A DNA stretch of 24,000 nt from Bryobacterales bacterium (GTDB taxonomy: Bacteria > Acidobacteriota > Terriglobia > Bryobacterales > Bryobacteraceae). Shown here piece after piece: positions 16,106 through 24,000 of the stretch; the first letter of the stretch is position 1, and each line of letters opens with the position of its first letter. Below the pieces are notes generated by a model. The model saw only the letters and a program-made list of their open reading frames with translations, searched no databases and was not told where the DNA came from. Position numbers and translations under genes: made by a program. The stretch is from the NCBI GenBank assembly GCA_963756605.1, contig CAVWOT010000030.1, positions 454,873 through 478,872 on the forward strand, written 5' to 3'.

Positions 16106-17540
16106 TTACGCCAACATCTCTTGAATCACGTTACCGCCAAAATCAGTGAGTTTCTCGTTTCTGCCGTTGTGCAGGAACCAAAGGCGGTTCTGGTCAAGGC
16201 CGAGCAACTGCAAGATAGTGGCGTGGAAGTCCCGCATGTGATATCGCTGTCCCACCCCGCGTAGGCCCATCTCGTCGGTCTCGCCGATGGAAGTGCCCGG
16301 CTTCACGCCGCCGCCGGCGAACCACATGGTGAACCCGTGCGGATTGTGGTCGCGCCCGTTGCCGCCTTGCGACATTGGCAGCCGCCCGAACTCCGCTCCC
16401 CAGATCACCAGAGTATTCGCCAGCAATCCGCGCTGCTTCAGGTCCGCGAGCAGGCCGGCAACCGGCAGGTCCGTCATGCCGCACATCTTTTCGTGGTTCT
16501 CCACCAGGTTGCTGTGCGCGTCCCACTGCATCGAAACGGGCCCCCCGCCTGAATAGATCTGCACGAAGCGCACTCCCCGCTCCACCAGCCGCCGGGCCAG
16601 CAGGCAGCGAGTTCCGAACTCCGCGGTGTGCGTCTGATCGAGGCCGTAGAGCCGGCGCGTCGCTTCAGTTTCCTTGGAGATGTCCACAGCCTCCGGAGCG
16701 TGGCTCTGCATGCGGAACGCCAGTTCATAAGAGCTGATGCGGGCGGCCATCTCCGTGTCGGTATCGAGCGTGTCCATCTCGTTCATGCTCTGCAAAAAGT
16801 CCAGCGTGCGCCGCTGCCTCTCGGGCGTGACGCCTTGCGGCGGGCGGAGATTGATGATGGGATTCGGTCCGGGGCGGAACACCGTTCCCTGGTACACCGC
16901 CGGCAGAAAGCCCGCTCCCCAGCACGGCGTGCCGCCTTCGGGCGTTCCCTCCGGCTGGGGCATCACCACGTACGCGGGCAGGTTCTCACTCTCGCTACCC
17001 AGGCCATAGGTGATCCATGAGCCCATGCTCGGATATCCCATCAGGATGCGGCCGGTATTCACCTGATACATGGCCGGAGCGTGCACGGTGCTTTCGGTAT
17101 AAAACGATCGCACGAAGCACAGGTCGTCCACGCGCTGGGAAAGATGCGGGAACAGCGTGGAGACTTCCCGGCCGCACTGCCCGTATTTACCGAATTTCCA
17201 GGGACTCTTCAGCAGCGGCGTGTCGCCCTTGGTGAACTCGCTGACTATCGTCCCGTAACTAGCAGGCAACAACTGGCCATCGTATTTCTCCAGCGCCGGC
17301 TTGGGGTCGAAGGTGTCGATATGGCTGGGCGCTCCCACCATGAACAGGAAGATCACCGACTTCGCCTTGGGCTGAAAGTGCGGCGGTTTGGCGGCCAGCG
17401 CATTCACCCGCTCGCGAGCCTGCGCCGGCGGATCCAGCAGCGATGCCAGCGCGATGGCTCCGAAACCATGCGCGGCGCGCACCAAAACATCCCGCCGGGT
17501 CACTGCCGGACGGAAGTGTGAATCGTCGCACTGCGGGCAT

Positions 17541-17551
<11 letters not shown>
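16106..17551 (-). CDS. DUF1501 domain protein (sulfatase-fold, Tat signal)
   Basis: Tat-like [23 protein letters not shown], then [22 protein letters not shown]...[13 protein letters not shown]...[12 protein letters not shown]...[19 protein letters not shown], all typical of DUF1501. It overlaps the upstream gene by 11 nt. Confidence 0.92.
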
Positions 17552-19718
<2,167 letters not shown>

Positions 19719-19742
19719 AGTTGGAACTAGTATACTGCCCCT

Positions 19743-22700
19743 ATGCGTTTGGGTCAAAGCTGGACGCGCCGCAAGTTCTTGCGCAGAGGGGCTGCCGCGG
19801 GCATAGCCGCCTGCACCTGGTCGTGGCCGTCGCGCGCCGGGCCCGCACCGGCGGTGTTTCCGGTGCATTTCCGCAAGCCGAATCCTTACGAAAATCTACG
19901 CGCCCTGGTGGAACCGGGCCACGACGAATTCGCGATGGAGAGGGAAGCCGCCGTAATCGCGGCGCGCTGGAGCCGAATGCTGGCGACGCGAGCGATCCCT
20001 CTGGCGGATGACTTTCGCGGCGCGACCCCCATGCCGGCCCGATACAAAGAGATTGCCAGCGGGACTTTCGCGGCCGAGTTCGACCGTACCGATCGCGCCT
20101 TCCAAAGCGGCCTGCGAGATTGGATTGCAAAGCTGGGCGACATCCGCAGCGCGCGTTTCTTTGTGCTCGGCGGCGGACGCTTGCGGTACGAAGTTGCCGG
20201 GGCCGAGGGCGGGCTGCTGAATTATCGCGTGGGCGTCTGGAGACAAGCATGGCGTGGCGAATTTCTCTCCGAATTCGAGCCACTAGAAGAAACGCTGGTG
20301 ACTGCTCCGCGGCCGCTCTTCTGCGATGTTACCGGCGACGTCTTCGGATCGATCGAGTCGTTCCAGAAGCAATTGCGGCGCGGCGTGCCGTACTGGCGAG
20401 CGCGATTGGACTCGGCATCCGGCATCGACGTATACGGCAACAACGGAATCGCCGTGGGTGATATCGACGGGGACGGCTGGGACGAAGTCTACATCTGCCA
20501 GCCGGGCGGGCTTCCCAACCGGCTCTACAAACTCGGCGCGGGCGGTCGCGCGGAAGACATCACGGAACGTTGGGGTGCGGCGGTCCTGGACGATTCGACG
20601 GCGGCCTTGTTTCTGGATCTGCGCAACGTGGGCCGCCAGGACCTGGTGGTACTCACCACCTCGGGACCGCTCCTTTTTCTGAATGACGGCGCTCCCTTGC
20701 GCTATCGGCCGGATGCGTTCCGGTTCGCCACGCCGCCCCAGGGAACCTTCACCGGCATGTCCGCCGCCGACTATGATCGCGATGGGCGCGTCGATCTCTA
20801 CCTCTGTACCTACGTTTACTTCCAGAGCGAGGATCAGTACCGCTATCCGGAGCCGTACCACGATGCGCAAAACGGCCCGCCCAATTTTCTCTTTCACAAT
20901 CGGCTCACCGCCGATGGCGAAGGTTTTTTTGAAGACGTCACCACGGCCGTCGGTCTGGACGAAAACAACAACCGTTACAGCTTTGCGCCTGCCTGGTGCG
21001 ATTATGACGGCGATGGCTGGCCCGACCTCTATGTCGCCAATGACTTCGGGCGCAAGAATCTTTATAAGAACGAAGGAGGCCGTTTCCGCGATGTGGCCGC
21101 GGCCGCCGGCGTGGAGGACATGGGTCCCGGCATGAGTGCGGCCTGGTTCGACTATGATGGCGACGGCCGGCCCGACCTTTACGTAAGCAACATGTGGACG
21201 GCCGCGGGCCAGCGGGTGGCCGCCGATGCCCACTTCGCGCCGGTGGCGAAGGACGGGCTTGCGGAAGCCTACCGGCGGCATACAAAGGGCAATTCGCTGT
21301 ATCGCAATCGCGGCGATGGCACCTTTGAGGAGACCGAGGTGCGGGAGGGAGTCGGGATGGGCCGCTGGGCGTGGTCGGCGGATGGGTTCGATTTCGATAA
21401 CGACGGCGCGCCGGAGATCTACGTAACTTGCGGCATGCTCACCAGCCCCGCGCCAGCCGCGCAGGCCGAAGACGCCGATGTAATGAGCTTCTTCTGGCGC
21501 CAGGTGGTGGCGCAGTCGCCAGCCGCGCAATCGCCGGCGCCCGCATATGAGAACGGCTGGAACGCGATCAATCAGTTTATTCGCGAGGATTACAGTTGGA
21601 ACGGACACGAGCCGAACGTACTCTATGCACGTCGAGGAGGCCGGTATTTCGATTATTCGGGCATATCGGGCATGGATTTCGCCGCCGACAGCCGTGCCTT
21701 CGCGGTGACCGATTTCGATGGTGACGGCAATCTGGATGTGCTGCTGAAAAGCCGCCTGGGGCCGCAAGTGCGCGTGCTGCGAAACGCGTGGGGAAGCGGC
21801 GGCCGCGCGATCGCCATCCGGCTTACGGGCGGGCCTTCGAATCGCGACGCGATCGGCGCCGCGGTTGAAGTGGAGTGGGCTGGCAAGCATTCCATCGCAT
21901 TCGTGCAGGCCGGGTCGGGCTATCTATCCCAACATACGAAGACTCTGCATTTCGGATTGGGAGATGCCACCCGGGCCGACCGGATTGTAATCCGCTGGCC
22001 CTCGGGGATGCGGCAGGAGTTCCGGGACGTGGAGGCAGGCTTTCGGTACGACATCGCGGAGGGCGACAATCAACCGCGCCCGGAAGCGTTTGCGCGGCCA
22101 GTTCCGCTCTCCGCCGCGCCGCCGGTTTCGGCGGACAACCGTCCGGAATCTGAAGAGACCTGGCTGATTTTGCCGGTACCGATTCCCGAGCCCCGGCGCG
22201 GCCCCGGTTTTCTCCTGCTCACGGCGGGCGGAGGCTTGGCACTTCCCGGTGGAATCCCCGGTGAAGTGCTGGACCTGAGCCGGGAATCGCCCGATGTGAC
22301 AGCGGGCTACGCTTTGTTCCGCCGTTACCTGTTTGATTACCGGACCGATTTGCGCCTGCCTATGCTGATTCTCCTGGACGAACTCGGGCGCGCGCATAAG
22401 ATTTATCCGAACGTTCCCAGCGCACAGCGTTTGCGTGCCGATTTGCAGTCCCTTCGCGATCTCGATCGCTTGCGGCTGGCGCTGCCGTTTCCCGGGCAGT
22501 ATTACGCCCAGCCGCGGCGCAACCATTTTCGCCTGGGCTCCGCATTCTTTTGGGCGGGCTATCCGGAACAGGCGCTCGTCTATCTGAACGAGACGATTCG
22601 CGAGCAGCCCGATAACGGCAAGGCGCATCTGGCGGTAGGATTCATTCACATGGAAGCCGGTCGGGACGGCCCGGCTCGCCAAAACCTGGAGCGCGCGCTG

Positions 22701-23267
22701 CAGCTTCTGCCCAGATCCCCGGATGCCTGGACCTACCTCGGCCGTCTGCAGATGGAGGGCAAGCACTACCGTGAGGCGCTGCGGGATTTCGAGCAGGCGG
22801 TGGAGCTGAATCCGAATTCATCCTTCGGTTTGATGAGCGCCGGCCAGGCGCACGCCGCGTTGGGGGATGATGCCGCCGCGGAGCCCCTGTTCCGCCGCGC
22901 GCTCGCGAGCGACAGCCGGGACGCCGACGCCGCGAACCAACTGGGGTTACTGCTGGTGCGCCAGAAGCGCCTGCAGGAGGCCCGCGAGTGTTTCGAGCAG
23001 GCCATCGCCACGCAACGGGACAATGTCTGGGCCATCAACAACCTGGGCGTGCTGTACATGCAGATGGGAAAAGTAGACGACGCGGTGGCCGCTTTCGGTT
23101 ACGGCATGCAGGTGGCGCCGGATGAAGAAACGTCGTACATGAATCTGGCACGTGTGTATGCGCGGGCTGGCGACCGGGCCAGGGCGCGGGACATCTTGCA
23201 GGAGTTGCTCAAAGTCAAGCCCGGGAGCACCGCCGCTGCAAAAGCCCTTCGGGAGTTGGGAGAATAG
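19743..23267 (+). CDS. ASPIC/UnbV domain protein with FG-GAP/VCBS repeats and C-terminal TPR repeats (CRTAC1-like)
   Basis: Tat-like start MRLGQSWTRRKFLRRGAAAGIAA. Repeated FG-GAP units are present (VGDIDGDGWDEVYI, AADYDRDGRVDLYL, WCDYDGDGWPDLYVANDFG, WFDYDGDGRPDLYVSN, VTDFDGDGNLDVLL). UnbV_ASPIC segment: RDAIGAAVEVEWAGKHSIAFVQAGSGYLSQHTKTLHFGLGDATRADRIVIRWPSG. Several TPRs follow (e.g. AINNLGVLYMQMGKVDDAVAAF). Confidence 0.92.
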   Translation: MRLGQSWTRRKFLRRGAAAGIAACTWSWPSRAGPAPAVFPVHFRKPNPYENLRALVEPGHDEFAMEREAAVIAARWSRMLATRAIPLADDFRGATPMPARYKEIASGTFAAEFDRTDRAFQSGLRDWIAKLGDIRSARFFVLGGGRLRYEVAGAEGGLLNYRVGVWRQAWRGEFLSEFEPLEETLVTAPRPLFCDVTGDVFGSIESFQKQLRRGVPYWRARLDSASGIDVYGNNGIAVGDIDGDGWDEVYICQPGGLPNRLYKLGAGGRAEDITERWGAAVLDDSTAALFLDLRNVGRQDLVVLTTSGPLLFLNDGAPLRYRPDAFRFATPPQGTFTGMSAADYDRDGRVDLYLCTYVYFQSEDQYRYPEPYHDAQNGPPNFLFHNRLTADGEGFFEDVTTAVGLDENNNRYSFAPAWCDYDGDGWPDLYVANDFGRKNLYKNEGGRFRDVAAAAGVEDMGPGMSAAWFDYDGDGRPDLYVSNMWTAAGQRVAADAHFAPVAKDGLAEAYRRHTKGNSLYRNRGDGTFEETEVREGVGMGRWAWSADGFDFDNDGAPEIYVTCGMLTSPAPAAQAEDADVMSFFWRQVVAQSPAAQSPAPAYENGWNAINQFIREDYSWNGHEPNVLYARRGGRYFDYSGISGMDFAADSRAFAVTDFDGDGNLDVLLKSRLGPQVRVLRNAWGSGGRAIAIRLTGGPSNRDAIGAAVEVEWAGKHSIAFVQAGSGYLSQHTKTLHFGLGDATRADRIVIRWPSGMRQEFRDVEAGFRYDIAEGDNQPRPEAFARPVPLSAAPPVSADNRPESEETWLILPVPIPEPRRGPGFLLLTAGGGLALPGGIPGEVLDLSRESPDVTAGYALFRRYLFDYRTDLRLPMLILLDELGRAHKIYPNVPSAQRLRADLQSLRDLDRLRLALPFPGQYYAQPRRNHFRLGSAFFWAGYPEQALVYLNETIREQPDNGKAHLAVGFIHMEAGRDGPARQNLERALQLLPRSPDAWTYLGRLQMEGKHYREALRDFEQAVELNPNSSFGLMSAGQAHAALGDDAAAEPLFRRALASDSRDADAANQLGLLLVRQKRLQEARECFEQAIATQRDNVWAINNLGVLYMQMGKVDDAVAAFGYGMQVAPDEETSYMNLARVYARAGDRARARDILQELLKVKPGSTAAAKALRELGE

Positions 23268-23336
23268 AACCCATTCAAAAAATTTTCGCCCCGATCGCCG
23301 CATTTGAGGATACAATAACCGAACCGGAGGCAGGCT

Positions 23337-24000
23337 ATGCGTACGTTTCACATCGGGCTAATGTTGTGCTTCACCGTCTGCTTGGTTTCTCTGCGGGCGC
23401 AAACGACGGAAGGTGCGATCGTGGGCACCGTAACAGATCCGAGCGGCAGTGTGATTGCGGGTGCGGCTGTGGTGGTTACCAACATGGATACCGGGATCGC
23501 GGTGAAAACTACCACCGACACATCGGGCGCCTACGTTGTTACGCCCCTGCACATCGGCCGATACTCCGTGATGGTGGAGGCGGCGGGCTTTAAGAAATCT
23601 GTGCGCCCGGACATAACGGTAAACGTGCAAGACCGCATTCGCGTGGATGCCGCGCTCGAAGTAGGCGCCGTCACAGATACAGTGGAGGTGGCCGCGGCCG
23701 CTCCGCTGCTCGAAACCGACACCTCGTATCTGGGCGAGGTGGTGGACAGCCAGCGGATTGTAGATCTGCCGCTGAACGGGCGGTTCTTCACGCGCCTGGC
23801 GGTGCTTACGGCGGGCACGGCGCCTACACCGGCCGGCGCGCGCGACGAAAACACCGGCGGTTTCAGCGCCAACGGCGTGCGGCCCTATCAAAACAACTAC
23901 ATTCTGGATGGCGTGGACAACAACAGCCTGTCGGAGGACCTGGTGAGCCAGCAGAGCTTCGTGATCGGCCCTCCTCCGGACGCCATCGCCGAGTTCAAGG
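23337..24000 (+). CDS. TonB-dependent receptor, N-terminal part (carboxypeptidase-regulatory-like domain plus plug); 3' end lies outside the window
   Basis: GGAGG lies 6 nt before ATG 23337. Signal peptide MRTFHIGLMLCFTVCLVSLRAQ. The CarboxypepD_reg pattern follows: GAIVGTVTDPSGSVIAGAAVVVTNMDTGIAVKTTTDTSGAYVVTPLHIGRYSVMVEAAGFKK. Then LLETDTSYLGEVVDSQRIVDLPLNGR and the plug-like GGFSANGVRPYQNNYILDGVDNN. The frame is open to the window edge and is not in the ORF track. Confidence 0.85.
   Translation, partial: MRTFHIGLMLCFTVCLVSLRAQTTEGAIVGTVTDPSGSVIAGAAVVVTNMDTGIAVKTTTDTSGAYVVTPLHIGRYSVMVEAAGFKKSVRPDITVNVQDRIRVDAALEVGAVTDTVEVAAAAPLLETDTSYLGEVVDSQRIVDLPLNGRFFTRLAVLTAGTAPTPAGARDENTGGFSANGVRPYQNNYILDGVDNNSLSEDLVSQQSFVIGPPPDAIAEFK

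Noticed and set aside
19719-19868. Extra 50 N-terminal codons of the 775-aa ORF call for the DUF1549/DUF1553 gene
   Set aside because: The extension (MHRKHRRCGPGARRPRPGAGG...) is R/P/G-rich and would overlap the divergent ASPIC gene by 126 nt. The in-frame GTG at 19718 yields a normal signal peptide. A TTG at 19757 is a less likely alternative.
20283-22766. 535-aa and 280-aa minus-strand ORFs (20283..21890 and 21924..22766)
   Set aside because: They are antisense to the 1174-aa ASPIC/UnbV-TPR gene, whose FG-GAP, UnbV and TPR motifs are unambiguous. The same reasoning rejects 1240..2037, 11904..12596 and 12676..13392 on the minus strand.
23146-23161. Sigma-54 promoter-like TGGCACgtgtgtatGC upstream of the TonB receptor (also TGGCAC at 754-759)
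   Set aside because: The GG-to-GC spacing is one nucleotide too long, and the -12 region is TATGC rather than TTGC. It lies inside the ASPIC coding sequence. The TGGCAC at 754-759 sits just inside the oxidoreductase CDS, 3 nt after its GTG start at 751.

Overview
High-GC (over 60% G+C by eye) bacterial chromosomal window. Gene content suggests Acidobacteriota, Solibacter/Bryobacter-like: a PadR regulator with an orphan ADOP-type FtsX permease, a DUF1549/DUF1553 + DUF1501 pair, an ASPIC/UnbV FG-GAP protein, and a CarboxypepD_reg-type TonB receptor. This taxon call is inference from gene content only.

Layout, left to right:
(1) 3' end of a sigma-54 activator, convergently overlapped by a PilZ gene.
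(2) A Tat-exported Gfo/Idh/MocA oxidoreductase, then yggX.
(3) A tight five-gene plus-strand cluster: XRE regulator, NfeD/YqiJ-like protein, flotillin, PspA/IM30, and a small membrane-anchored protein.
(4) A ~4 kb stretch (about 6580-10640) that holds almost only gene wreckage. It contains frameshifted FN3 repeats, an AT-rich spacer, a low-GC truncated secreted glycosidase-like ORF, and a PAS histidine kinase with several frameshifts and an internal deletion.
(5) PadR plus an 876-aa ADOP permease.
(6) An overlapping pair: a 71-aa HU-like mini-protein and an HU-like::TIR fusion.
(7) A minus-strand block: YciI-like, CBM9-like, DUF1501, DUF1549/DUF1553.
(8) Divergent from that block, a 1174-aa ASPIC/UnbV-TPR protein and the 5' part of a TonB-dependent receptor.

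I found no rRNA, tRNA, CRISPR array, transposase or integrase.

Most interesting candidates: the HU-like/TIR two-gene module, which has no recognisable partner from known TIR systems; the XRE-led NfeD-flotillin-PspA membrane-stress cluster; and the localised gene-decay island. All functional calls come from reading translated motifs by eye. No database search was run.
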